Source: an uncultured virus (IMG/VR IMGVR_UViG_3300012936_000007)
Taxonomy: Duplodnaviria; Heunggongvirae; Uroviricota; Caudoviricetes
Length of the DNA: 20,000 bases
Virus record (IMG/VR): IMGVR_UViG_3300012936_000007
Reading direction: 5' to 3' (one strand)
Under the pieces are notes generated by a model, which ran no database searches, was not told the origin of the DNA, and saw nothing but the letters and a program-made list of their open reading frames with translations. Shown here piece after piece: positions 1 to 9,077 of the stretch; the first letter of the stretch is position 1, and each line of letters opens with the position of its first letter. The position numbers and the translations under genes were made by a program.

Positions 1-465
1 AAATTCGTAGAACATGAGAATCCTTTTTATCAGGTTGGTAAATTATTTGTATTTAAACTTCAGTGTGAATTGTTTGAATACTCAGGAGAAGATTTCGATA
101 CTAATGTTACTGATATTGACCTTATCGAAGACGAACAAGCATATCATATTGATATGACAATGGCTGCAGGTGGTTCAGGAAATTATGTTGCAAACGAGAA
201 TGTTACATTGAATAGTGTAGTGGTTGGAGAAGTTATTTCTTGGAACCCAACAACTAGACAACTTAAAATTAGAGATAACACTAAGACACTTGTGGTCGGA
301 GATGTACTTGTTGGTGCAGACGGAAATGCATCGCATACAATCGCAAGTATTGTTGACGTAATGACTATGAGTAACGATGGAGCTGCAGATAACTTAGACT
401 TTGAACAGAAAGCAGATAATTACTTAGACTTCTCAGAAACAAACCCATTCGGTGAGGTAACATAA
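1..465 (+). CDS. gp14: T4 gp14-like neck protein, 3' part (starts upstream of window)
   Basis: Frame is open from base 1: KFVEHENPFYQVGKLFVFKLQCELFEYSGE, and ends ...YLDFSETNPFGE. Both are typical of gp14 in marine T4-like phages, and the gene lies upstream of gp15. The TTG at 70 in the ORF track is internal. Confidence 0.9.
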   Translation, partial: KFVEHENPFYQVGKLFVFKLQCELFEYSGEDFDTNVTDIDLIEDEQAYHIDMTMAAGGSGNYVANENVTLNSVVVGEVISWNPTTRQLKIRDNTKTLVVGDVLVGADGNASHTIASIVDVMTMSNDGAADNLDFEQKADNYLDFSETNPFGEVT

Positions 466-680
466 TGGTAGAAAAAATAATTTCAGAAGTAATTGGTTGC
501 GACCAAAACTCAATAAAAGACGATTCTCATTTAGTAAATGATTTGGGTGCAGACTCACTTAATATTGTTGAACTTGTTATGCAATTAGAAGAAGAGTATG
601 ATATAGAAATCTATGACGAAGATGCAGAGACACTTCATACAGTTAAACAAGTAAAAGATTATATAGAGGCGAATGCATAA
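465..680 (+). CDS. acpP: Acyl carrier protein
   Basis: 71 aa and acidic. DLGADSLNIVELVMQLEEEYDIEI...TV...DYI matches the ACP phosphopantetheine-attachment motif (DSL serine) and helix II. TAATG stop/start overlaps at both ends; GAGG RBS upstream. Confidence 0.93.
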   Translation: MVEKIISEVIGCDQNSIKDDSHLVNDLGADSLNIVELVMQLEEEYDIEIYDEDAETLHTVKQVKDYIEANA

Positions 681-1729
681 TGTTTGGAACTCATTTTTAT
701 CACGAAACTATTAAAAGAAGTGTATCTATCTTTGGTACACTGTTTAATAATATCACGATTAAAAAAACAAAGGCAGACGGAACTGTTCTTGCACAACAGA
801 TAGTTCCTATATCATATGGGCCTAAAGCAAAATGGTTAGCAAGATTAAACGAAGAACCAAATCTAAGTGATAATAATAGGAGTGCAATCAGTCTACCTAG
901 ACTTGCATTCGAAATTACGGGATTCACATATGATGCAGATAGACAACAAAACAAACTAATCCGAACAGAAAAAGGTGGATTAAACGCAGACAAATCTAAT
1001 CGGGGATTCCAGTATGCACCAGCGCCTTACACAATAAGTTTTACACTAAGTGTTCTTGCAAAACAAGCTAATGACGGACTTCAAATTGTAGAACAGATAC
1101 TTCCATATTTCCAACCTGAATATACAGTCACCATGAAAATGATTGACGATATGAGTGAAGTTAGAGACGTACCAATTACACTTACAGGTGTAGAAATGAC
1201 AGACACTTATGAAGGAGACTTTACAGAAAGAAGAGTTATAGAACATACACTTACATTCGATATGAAAATATACTTCTTCGGCCCAATATACAATGGTAAG
1301 ATTATCAAGAATGTTATCGAAAGAACATATGTTAATCCTAGTGTTACTAAAGGATTCTCAACCACGCAGATAGATGAATCGGGTCTTGTTAAAGAAGTTA
1401 AACACTATGAACCTGCATTCGGTGAGGTTGCAAACGTGGTTAATAATTCTGCAAATGTAACTTTTGATACTGCAATAAATAGTTCTATAAGTGTTGGGGA
1501 CGAAGTGTTCGATACAGGTAATTCAACGAATCCAACAATTAGTGCGATTGGTAGTGATAAGAAGTCAATAACATTATCAGCTGCAATCACACTTGGAAGG
1601 AAAACTACACTTAAATTTGTAGGTTCAGTAGACCCTGAAGATACATTCGTAGTTGCAGAAACAGTGAATTTCTATGATGACGGAACGGGTAAAACATACT
1701 CAGACAATAAGACAGAAGATGCGAGTTAA
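680..1729 (+). CDS. gp15: T4 gp15-like tail sheath stabilizer / tail terminator
   Basis: MFGTHFYHETIKRSVSIFGTLFNNI, VPISYGPK, LPRLAFE and QIVEQILPYFQP motifs; synteny gp14-gp15-gp16. Confidence 0.93.
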   Translation: MFGTHFYHETIKRSVSIFGTLFNNITIKKTKADGTVLAQQIVPISYGPKAKWLARLNEEPNLSDNNRSAISLPRLAFEITGFTYDADRQQNKLIRTEKGGLNADKSNRGFQYAPAPYTISFTLSVLAKQANDGLQIVEQILPYFQPEYTVTMKMIDDMSEVRDVPITLTGVEMTDTYEGDFTERRVIEHTLTFDMKIYFFGPIYNGKIIKNVIERTYVNPSVTKGFSTTQIDESGLVKEVKHYEPAFGEVANVVNNSANVTFDTAINSSISVGDEVFDTGNSTNPTISAIGSDKKSITLSAAITLGRKTTLKFVGSVDPEDTFVVAETVNFYDDGTGKTYSDNKTEDAS

Positions 1730-1732
1730 ATT

Positions 1733-2128
1733 ATGGCAAAAGATATTGATTCTAAATTGGATGAAATCCTAGATATTTCTACCGATATTCAAAAAGAAAC
1801 CAAAGTAGTTAAATTACCTGCTCGTGCAGAGTCGGTGGATAACGACTACAAATATGGTCGTGAGACTCTCTACAATCTCGTAGAAAGAGGACAAGATGCA
1901 ATAGACGGTATCCTAGACCTATGCAAAGAAACAGAACACCCACGTGCCTACGAGGTTGCAGGACAACTAATAAAAACAGTAGGTGATACTGCAGAAAAAC
2001 TTTTAGACCTACAAAAGAAAGTAAAAGACTTAGAAAACGAAAACCCTAATTTGAGGTCACAAACAAATAATTTATATGTGGGTTCAACTTCAGAACTACA
2101 AAAGTTTTTGAAGAAAAATAAAGACTAA
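1733..2128 (+). CDS. gp16: Terminase small subunit
   Basis: DYKYGRETLYNLVERGQDAI...EHPRAYEVAGQLIK...YVGSTSELQK motifs; coupled to gp17. Confidence 0.95.
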   Translation: MAKDIDSKLDEILDISTDIQKETKVVKLPARAESVDNDYKYGRETLYNLVERGQDAIDGILDLCKETEHPRAYEVAGQLIKTVGDTAEKLLDLQKKVKDLENENPNLRSQTNNLYVGSTSELQKFLKKNKD

Positions 2129-3720
2129 TGACAGAAGCTAAAAATGACGGGTATCTAGGTAATACCCTAATCAAAAAGGCTGGAGTAGAAGTTCAGTATA
2201 CCGAAGAACAGTTGAAAGAATACGTCAAGTGTTCAGAAGACCCTATACACTTTATTGAAAACTACACGCAGATTATCTCACTAGACGAAGGTATGATTCC
2301 ATTTAAACTTCGTGGGTATCAGGATAAACTAATAAAACACTTCAATGAGAATAGATTTAACGTAGTTCTTGCGAGTAGACAGTCGGGTAAATCAATCACT
2401 TCTTGTGCATATTTAATATGGTACTTACTATTTCACCCTGAAGTTACTGTTGCTATACTTGCAAACAAAGGTGCAATCGCAAGAGAAATGGTCGCCCGTA
2501 TCGTAACGATGTTGGAGTCTGTTCCATTCTTTTTACAGCCTGGAGTCAAGATTCTAAACAAAGGTAACATAGAATTTGCGAATGATAGTAAACTGGTTGC
2601 AGCTGCCACGTCTTCAAGTTCGATTCGTGGACTTTCAATCAATTTACTATACTTGGACGAGTTTGCATTCGTAGAAAATGCAGAAGAATTCTATACTGCG
2701 ACATATCCCGTTATCACTTCAGGTAAACAATCTAAGGTTATTATTACTTCTACTGCGAACGGTGTTGGTAATATGTTCTATAAGATATATGAATCTGCAG
2801 TTCATGAACAATCAGAGTATCGTTCTTTTACAATTAATTGGGACGATGTGCCAGGCAGAGACGAAGAGTGGAAGAAACAGACCATTGCAAACACTTCAGA
2901 AACACAATTTGAACAAGAGTATGGTAACTCATTCTTAGGAACAGGTAATACACTTATCAGTTCTAACTGTTTATTGGGTATGAGAGCATTAGATGCAGAA
3001 TGGGGTAAGGAAGACTTTTCCATGTATAAACAACCTGAAGAGGGTCATACCTACGTTTGCACGGTGGACGTTGCAAAAGGAAGAGGTATGGACTATTCTA
3101 CATTTACTATATTTGATACTTCAGTACAACCATTTCAACAAGTCGCAACATATAGGAATAGTCTGATAAGTCCTATGTTGTTACCTGATATTATAAACAA
3201 ATATGCGACTGCATATAATAATGCATTAGTAATTATTGAGAATAATGCAGAAGGAGCTATGGTTGCAACACAACTACACTTCGACATAGAGTATGATAAT
3301 GTTTTTGTTCAAGGACAAACCAAAACAGAAGATATTGGTGTAACCATGAATAAAAAGATAAAAAGGATAGGGTGTTCTACTCTAAAAGAGTTGTTAGAGG
3401 AAAATAGACTGGTTTTATGTGATAGGAACACCATTACTGAGCTGATGACATTCATAAATAAAGGTATGTCGTTTGAAGCGGCAAAAGGGTATCACGATGA
3501 CCTAGTAATGAATTGTGTATTGTTTAGTTGGTTTGTTACAACGGAATATTTTCACCACTTAACAAATCATCAGATAAAAGACCTTTTATACGCAGAACAA
3601 CAAAAGTTAATAGAAAATGACCTACTACCTGCAGGTATCTTTGGTGCAAGTAACAAAACACCCGAAGCTACTTCCTTTGTAGACGATGAAGGAGATAGGT
3701 GGTATGTCGAAGGAAACTAA
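2128..3720 (+). CDS. gp17: Terminase large subunit
   Basis: Walker A (SRQSGKS), Walker B (LLYLDEFAF), TSTANG coupling motif, nuclease VDVAKG and HDDLVM motifs. Confidence 0.97.
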   Translation: MTEAKNDGYLGNTLIKKAGVEVQYTEEQLKEYVKCSEDPIHFIENYTQIISLDEGMIPFKLRGYQDKLIKHFNENRFNVVLASRQSGKSITSCAYLIWYLLFHPEVTVAILANKGAIAREMVARIVTMLESVPFFLQPGVKILNKGNIEFANDSKLVAAATSSSSIRGLSINLLYLDEFAFVENAEEFYTATYPVITSGKQSKVIITSTANGVGNMFYKIYESAVHEQSEYRSFTINWDDVPGRDEEWKKQTIANTSETQFEQEYGNSFLGTGNTLISSNCLLGMRALDAEWGKEDFSMYKQPEEGHTYVCTVDVAKGRGMDYSTFTIFDTSVQPFQQVATYRNSLISPMLLPDIINKYATAYNNALVIIENNAEGAMVATQLHFDIEYDNVFVQGQTKTEDIGVTMNKKIKRIGCSTLKELLEENRLVLCDRNTITELMTFINKGMSFEAAKGYHDDLVMNCVLFSWFVTTEYFHHLTNHQIKDLLYAEQQKLIENDLLPAGIFGASNKTPEATSFVDDEGDRWYVEGN

Positions 3721-3766
3721 ATAAAAGAAGAGAAATGTAATATAGTGTTGTTAGATACTGTATTGT

Positions 3767-3774
3767 TATAAATA
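3767..3774 (+). promoter_or_regulatory. T4-type late promoter for gp18
   Basis: TATAAATA 41 nt before the gp18 ATG, followed by an AGGAG RBS. A variant ACTAAATA at 3716-3723 overlaps the gp17 stop. Confidence 0.85.
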
Positions 3775-3815
3775 AAACAGTAAACAATAACTTTTTACAT
3801 TAACAGGAGAAAAGT

Positions 3816-5807
3816 ATGGCATTTCAAGTATCACCAGGCGTACAGGTCAACGAGATAGACCTTACAAATGTTGTCCCAGCAGTTGCAACAACTACTGGTG
3901 CATTCGCTGGTTCATTTCAATGGGGCCCTGTTGATGAAGTAAAGACAGTTTCAGATTCAAAAAGTTTGGTAGATTGTTTCGGAGAACCTGCTAATTCAGA
4001 TGCAGGTGCAGAAGACTTCTACTCAGCAGAATCTTTCTTAAAGTATGGTTCATCATTAAGAGTCGTAAGAATTAACTCTACGGGGTTATTCAATGCGAAC
4101 GCAAGTGGACACGCATCCACATTGTTAAAACACAACGATGACTACGTTAATACATTTAAGGCAGGTGCTCAAGCAGGAACTGTTGGAAAATTCATTGCAA
4201 AATATGCTGGGTCTAAAGGTAATTCACTACAAGTTCAAACTTGTGCTAGTTCAAACGCATATTTCAATGATGAAGTAACTACAGCAGGTGCAGCTGAAGC
4301 AGTGGGTCAAACAACCATTACAGTGGCAGCGTCAAACGTATTCACAATCAGAGATATAATTAAATTCGAAGGACATGACACTGAGTATAGAGTGTTAACT
4401 GCTCCTAGTGGAACAACTATTACTATCGAAGCATTAGACCAACCTGCAGGAACAGGATTAACAAATGCAGTTGCAAACGGTGCTAAAATCGACAGATATT
4501 GGGAACATTATGGTTTGTTCAATAAAGCTCCAGGCAAATCAGGAACAGCAACAGCTGCTGGTGGTTCCGATGACGAAATTCACGTTGTAGTTGTAGACGA
4601 AGACGGTGTTATCTCAGGAACAGCACACACTGTATTAGAAACATACGGTCACTTATCATGTGCCTCAGACGGTAAAGATGGGTTCGGTGCAACAAATTAC
4701 TACAAAGATGTACTCGCAAACAAATCAGAGTGGGTATATTGGTCAGGTCATTCAACAGGAACACACGCAAGTGCAACTGCTGAGACAACACACGCAGGTT
4801 CAGCTTCAACTGCATTTGGAAGACCTTCAAGTCCTGAAGTTTCATCACTAAGTGGTGGTGCAAATGGAAGAACTGCTACTGCAGGTCAAAAACAAACTGC
4901 ATGGTCAGACCATTTCGAAGATGCAAGTTCAATCGATATATCTTTCCTAATCGTTGGTTCAACAAGAACTGATAACGGTTCAGGAGTAGACCAAGACATT
5001 CTTGCAGATTGGACAACACAAGTAAACCAAGCAATCTTACTCGCAGAGAAGAGAAAGGATTGTATGGTTATCGCAAGTCCAAGACGTGCATCATGTGTCA
5101 ATGTATCTTCAGAATCAACACAAACAACTAACGTATTAGCAGATTTTGCTACTGCATCTTCTTCAAGTTTTGCAGTGTTTGACTCAACATGGGTCTATCA
5201 ATACGACAGATTTAACGACAAGTACTGTTGGATTCCTGCAAATGCTCACACAGCAGGTATCATGGCAAGAAGTGACTTACAGAGAGATGCATGGGTTTCC
5301 CCTGCAGGTTTCACTAGAGGTCAATACTTAGGTATCACTAAACTTGCTTACAATCCAAAACAGGGTTCAAGAGATGACTTGTATCGTGCAAGAGTTAACC
5401 CAGTGGTTACATTCCCTGGCCAAGGGACAATACTATTTGGTGACAAAACTGCACTAACATCACCTTCTGCATTCGATAGAATTAATGTAAGAAGATTGTT
5501 CATAGTCCTAGAGAAAGCAATATCAACTGCCGCTCAAGCGCAACTCTTTGAATACAACGATGCATTCACAAGAGCACAATTCAGAGCTGCGATAGAACCT
5601 TTCCTAAGAGACGTGAAAAATAGAAGGGGTCTAACAGACTTCTCAGTGGTTTGTGACGAAACAAACAACACTGATTCAGTCATGGACAGAAACGAGTTTG
5701 TATGTTCAATCTTCGTTAAACCTTCACGTTCAATTAACTATATAACTTTGAACTTTGTTGCTGCTAGAAGTGGTGTTCAGTTCGAAGAGATTTATAACGC
5801 AGTTTAA
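3816..5807 (+). CDS. gp18: Tail sheath protein
   Basis: MAFQVSPGVQVNEIDLT start; WVSPAGFTRG and FDRINVRRLF motifs. Confidence 0.97.
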   Translation: MAFQVSPGVQVNEIDLTNVVPAVATTTGAFAGSFQWGPVDEVKTVSDSKSLVDCFGEPANSDAGAEDFYSAESFLKYGSSLRVVRINSTGLFNANASGHASTLLKHNDDYVNTFKAGAQAGTVGKFIAKYAGSKGNSLQVQTCASSNAYFNDEVTTAGAAEAVGQTTITVAASNVFTIRDIIKFEGHDTEYRVLTAPSGTTITIEALDQPAGTGLTNAVANGAKIDRYWEHYGLFNKAPGKSGTATAAGGSDDEIHVVVVDEDGVISGTAHTVLETYGHLSCASDGKDGFGATNYYKDVLANKSEWVYWSGHSTGTHASATAETTHAGSASTAFGRPSSPEVSSLSGGANGRTATAGQKQTAWSDHFEDASSIDISFLIVGSTRTDNGSGVDQDILADWTTQVNQAILLAEKRKDCMVIASPRRASCVNVSSESTQTTNVLADFATASSSSFAVFDSTWVYQYDRFNDKYCWIPANAHTAGIMARSDLQRDAWVSPAGFTRGQYLGITKLAYNPKQGSRDDLYRARVNPVVTFPGQGTILFGDKTALTSPSAFDRINVRRLFIVLEKAISTAAQAQLFEYNDAFTRAQFRAAIEPFLRDVKNRRGLTDFSVVCDETNNTDSVMDRNEFVCSIFVKPSRSINYITLNFVAARSGVQFEEIYNAV

Positions 5808-5821
5808 CAGGAGTAAGATAA

Positions 5822-6319
5822 ATGTCAAGCATAGACCAATTTAAAGCACAACTAATAGGTGGTGGCCCAAGGGCAAACAGATTTAGAATCTTTCTACCTC
5901 GTGCTGGAAACAAAATCGAATTCCTTGCAAAAGGGTCTCAAATACCTGCTGCTACTTTAGGTGAAACACCAGTACCTTACAAAGGTATGATATTAAAACT
6001 TGCTGGTGAAAGAACCTATGACGATTGGACTGTTACAATTATCAATGATAATGAATTCAGTGCCAGAACTGCATTAGAACAGTGGCAACAAGAAATACAA
6101 GGTCATGGTGTTTCAACAGGTATGGCAACAACAGACTACTTATTAAGTAGAGGTTTTGTAGAACAGTTAGGTAAAGACGACTCAGTCCTTGCGAGATACG
6201 AATTCTTCAACTGCTTCCCTAAATCAATCGGTTCAATCGCATTAAGTTACGAAACTGAAAACGTTTTAGAAGAGTTTGAAGCGACATTCTCATACTCGCA
6301 TTGGGAAAGAGTCATTTAA
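5822..6319 (+). CDS. gp19: Tail tube protein
   Basis: GGGPRANRF, LAGERTYDDWTVTIIND motifs; follows sheath; AGGAG RBS. Confidence 0.95.
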   Translation: MSSIDQFKAQLIGGGPRANRFRIFLPRAGNKIEFLAKGSQIPAATLGETPVPYKGMILKLAGERTYDDWTVTIINDNEFSARTALEQWQQEIQGHGVSTGMATTDYLLSRGFVEQLGKDDSVLARYEFFNCFPKSIGSIALSYETENVLEEFEATFSYSHWERVI

Positions 6320-6360
6320 GTTCTTTAGAAAGAACAGTGAATAAGACTATGATTAGGTCT

Positions 6361-6368
6361 TATAAATA
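6361..6368 (+). promoter_or_regulatory. T4-type late promoter for gp20
   Basis: TATAAATA ending 5 nt before the portal ATG at 6374. Confidence 0.8.
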
Positions 6369-6373
6369 ATAGT

Positions 6374-7927
6374 ATGGATATATTTGGATTTGAAATCACT
6401 CGTAAGAAAGACGAGTTAAGAGCTACCGAGGTCAAAACTGCAAAGAGTTTTGTGCCTCAGGTTGATGATGACGGAACACCAGTCATCTCGCAACAAGCAG
6501 GTTTTATATCGGGTGGGGCATATGGTGCCTATGTCGATATGGAAGGTGGTATTAAGAATGAGATTGAACTCATTCGAAGATACCGTGAAACTTCCTTAGT
6601 ACCTGAATGTGACGCAGCTATTGAAGATATAGTGAATGAGTGTATCACATCGGATAGTGCCGATAGGATAGTAACACTCGACCTCAGAGACGTAAAGCTC
6701 TCTGATAGCATTAAGAAAAAAATGCAAGACGAGTTTTACGCAATCCTATCAATGATGAAGTTCAATCAGAACTCTCACGAAATATTCCGAAAATGGTACA
6801 TCGATGGAAGAATTTACTTCCATAAGGTCGTTGATAGCAATCGAACCAAAGCAGGTTTGGTTGACATCAGGAATGTTGACCCTCTTAAAATTAAGAAGGT
6901 TAGAAACATAGAGACCAAAAAAGATAAGAAGTTAGGTGTAGACATTGTTAAGAAAACGGAAGAATTCTACATTTTTAACGACAAAGGTTTCGAAAAGACT
7001 GGTACTAATGAAGGTACAACAGTCAAAATTGCACCTGAAGCGATTACATATACGACTTCAGGTTTGTTAGATTATAACAAAAATGCAGTTGTTGGTTATC
7101 TGCACAAAGCATTGAAAACTGCGAACCAGTTATCAATGATGGAAGATGCACTAGTAATCTATAGATTGTCTAGAGCACCTGAAAGAAGGATATTCTACAT
7201 TGACGTAGGTAACCTTCCAAAGGCAAAAGCAGAACAGTATCTTGCAGATGTTATGAACAAGTATAGAAATAAACTTGTATATAACGCAGATACTGGTGAA
7301 ATCAAAGATGATAGAAAACATATGAGTATGTTGGAAGATTTTTGGTTACCAAGAAGAGAAGGTGGTAGAGGAACGGAAATTACAACCTTGCCAGGTGGAC
7401 AAAACCTTGCAGAAATTGACGATGTAGAATACTTCAAGAAGAAGTTATATCAGTCATTAAATGTTCCAAGTTCTAGAATGGAAGCTGAGAACGGATTCAA
7501 TATGGGTCGTTCTTCAGAGATTTCTAGAGACGAATTGAAGTTTAATAAGTTTACTAACAGACTTCAGAAGAAGTTTGCTAGATGTTTTACCGACCTTTTA
7601 AGAACTCAATTAGTTCTTAAAGAGATTGTTCAGGCAGAAGAGTTTGATAAAATAAAAGATTTTATACAATACGACTACACTGCAGACAATCACTTTACTG
7701 AACTAAAAGAACAAGAGATTATGAGAGAAAGGTTAGATGCATTAGGAAGTGCATCTGAATATGTTGGTAAATACTTCAGTAATGAGTATGTAAGAAAGTA
7801 TATCTTACGTCAAACTGAAGAAGATATTAAAGAAATTGATGCTCAAATAGCACAAGAAAAGGCTGACGGTGTTGGTCAAGATGACCAAGACGGTTTTTAC
7901 AACAGTAATGAGTTTGGAGATAATTAA
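6374..7927 (+). CDS. gp20: Portal vertex protein
   Basis: YRLSRAPERRIFYIDVGNLPK and MLEDFWLPRREGGRGTEITTLPGGQNL signature motifs. Confidence 0.98.
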   Translation: MDIFGFEITRKKDELRATEVKTAKSFVPQVDDDGTPVISQQAGFISGGAYGAYVDMEGGIKNEIELIRRYRETSLVPECDAAIEDIVNECITSDSADRIVTLDLRDVKLSDSIKKKMQDEFYAILSMMKFNQNSHEIFRKWYIDGRIYFHKVVDSNRTKAGLVDIRNVDPLKIKKVRNIETKKDKKLGVDIVKKTEEFYIFNDKGFEKTGTNEGTTVKIAPEAITYTTSGLLDYNKNAVVGYLHKALKTANQLSMMEDALVIYRLSRAPERRIFYIDVGNLPKAKAEQYLADVMNKYRNKLVYNADTGEIKDDRKHMSMLEDFWLPRREGGRGTEITTLPGGQNLAEIDDVEYFKKKLYQSLNVPSSRMEAENGFNMGRSSEISRDELKFNKFTNRLQKKFARCFTDLLRTQLVLKEIVQAEEFDKIKDFIQYDYTADNHFTELKEQEIMRERLDALGSASEYVGKYFSNEYVRKYILRQTEEDIKEIDAQIAQEKADGVGQDDQDGFYNSNEFGDN

Positions 7928-8100
7928 TGAGTAAGATAGCGAGAGAAATAGTTGATACAATAGCAGATAAAGAACTTGCAAACGCAAAGGATTTAATCAA
8001 TCAAGGTATCAAAGAAAAGGCTGCACAAGCAGTTGATTTCAAGAGAGTTGAAAGTCAAACCAACTGGATGGACGTTCCTGCAGAGGATACGGAAGAGTAA
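7927..8100 (+). CDS. Small prohead core protein (gp67 position), 57 aa; absent from ORF track
   Basis: MSKIAREIVDTIADKELANAKDLINQGIKEKAAQAVDFKRVESQTNWMDVPAEDTEE. TAATG overlaps at both ends, GGAG RBS, fills the gap after the portal exactly. Product inferred from position. Confidence 0.8.
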   Translation: MSKIAREIVDTIADKELANAKDLINQGIKEKAAQAVDFKRVESQTNWMDVPAEDTEE

Positions 8101-8396
8101 TGAAACATTTTACCGAGATAATGGTAGAACTAAATGAAGCGAAGTTTAAACTTCCTTCAGGACACAAAGAACTCGAAAGAGACAGTGTCAAAGTCGGTAG
8201 TAAAATACACGATATAGTTTTTAGTCAGAAGTCAGGTAAAGTACACGCATTCGTAGATGGTCAAAGTATGGGAGACCCATATAGAGACCTAAAGAGTGCA
8301 AAGAAAGAGTTTAAAGACATTAAACAGATAATGAAACAAATGGGTGAAGATTTTGATGTCTCAATAGAGGAAATAATAAATGAAATTAATAGCTGA
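8100..8396 (+). CDS. Hypothetical prohead/internal head protein (gp68 position)
   Basis: 98 aa, coupled to both neighbours. N-terminal MKHFTEI...LNE-A resembles the targeting peptide and gp21 cleavage site of T4 head-internal proteins. Confidence 0.65.
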   Translation: MKHFTEIMVELNEAKFKLPSGHKELERDSVKVGSKIHDIVFSQKSGKVHAFVDGQSMGDPYRDLKSAKKEFKDIKQIMKQMGEDFDVSIEEIINEINS

Positions 8397-9027
8397 ATTT
8401 AACGAAACCATATCACCCGTTATTACGGAGGCCGCAAACGGTAAGAAAGAATACTTCATTGAAGGTGTATTCATGCAGTCCGACATTAAAAACAGAAACG
8501 GTAGAGTCTATCCAAAAGCAATTATGGAGAAGGAAGTTAACCGATATAAGAAGGAGTTCGTAGAGAAAGACCGTGCATTCGGTGAACTAGGACACCCTGA
8601 AGGCCCAACTATTAATTTAGATAAAGTATCTCACTTAATCCAGTCCCTTGAACTGGAAGGTAAAAACTATGTGGGTAAAGCAAAAGTTTTGAGTACTCCA
8701 AACGGAGAGATTGTTAAGGCTCTCATTAATGATGGTGCAAAACTCGGAGTATCTTCTAGAGGACTTGGTTCACTAGAACAAAAGGGTAACGCACAATATG
8801 TTAAGGACGATTTTCAACTTGCAACTGCAGGTGATATAGTCGCAGACCCTTCTGCACCTGAGGCATTTGTCGAAGGAATTATGGAAGGTGTTGAGTGGGT
8901 AATGGAAAATGGTATCTTAACAAGAGTTCAAGTTGAGACTATGCAGAACGAAATGCGTAATGCTAAGAGAAATCAACTTGAAGAAACGAAGTTAAATCTA
9001 TGGAAAAGGTTCGTTGAGAGTCTATAA
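8380..9027 (+). CDS. gp21: Prohead protease
   Basis: IEGVFMQSDIKNRNGRVYP, GELGHP, GVSSRGLGSL and DIVADPSAP motifs. Confidence 0.97.
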   Translation: MKLIAEFNETISPVITEAANGKKEYFIEGVFMQSDIKNRNGRVYPKAIMEKEVNRYKKEFVEKDRAFGELGHPEGPTINLDKVSHLIQSLELEGKNYVGKAKVLSTPNGEIVKALINDGAKLGVSSRGLGSLEQKGNAQYVKDDFQLATAGDIVADPSAPEAFVEGIMEGVEWVMENGILTRVQVETMQNEMRNAKRNQLEETKLNLWKRFVESL

Positions 9028-9029
9028 CA

Positions 9030-9037
9030 TATAAATA
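9030..9037 (+). promoter_or_regulatory. T4-type late promoter for gp22-gp23
   Basis: TATAAATA in the gp21-gp22 gap, followed by an AGGAG RBS. Confidence 0.85.
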
Positions 9038-9077
9038 AAATAAAGTAATACATAAAGTATTAAAACAGGAGAAAAAA

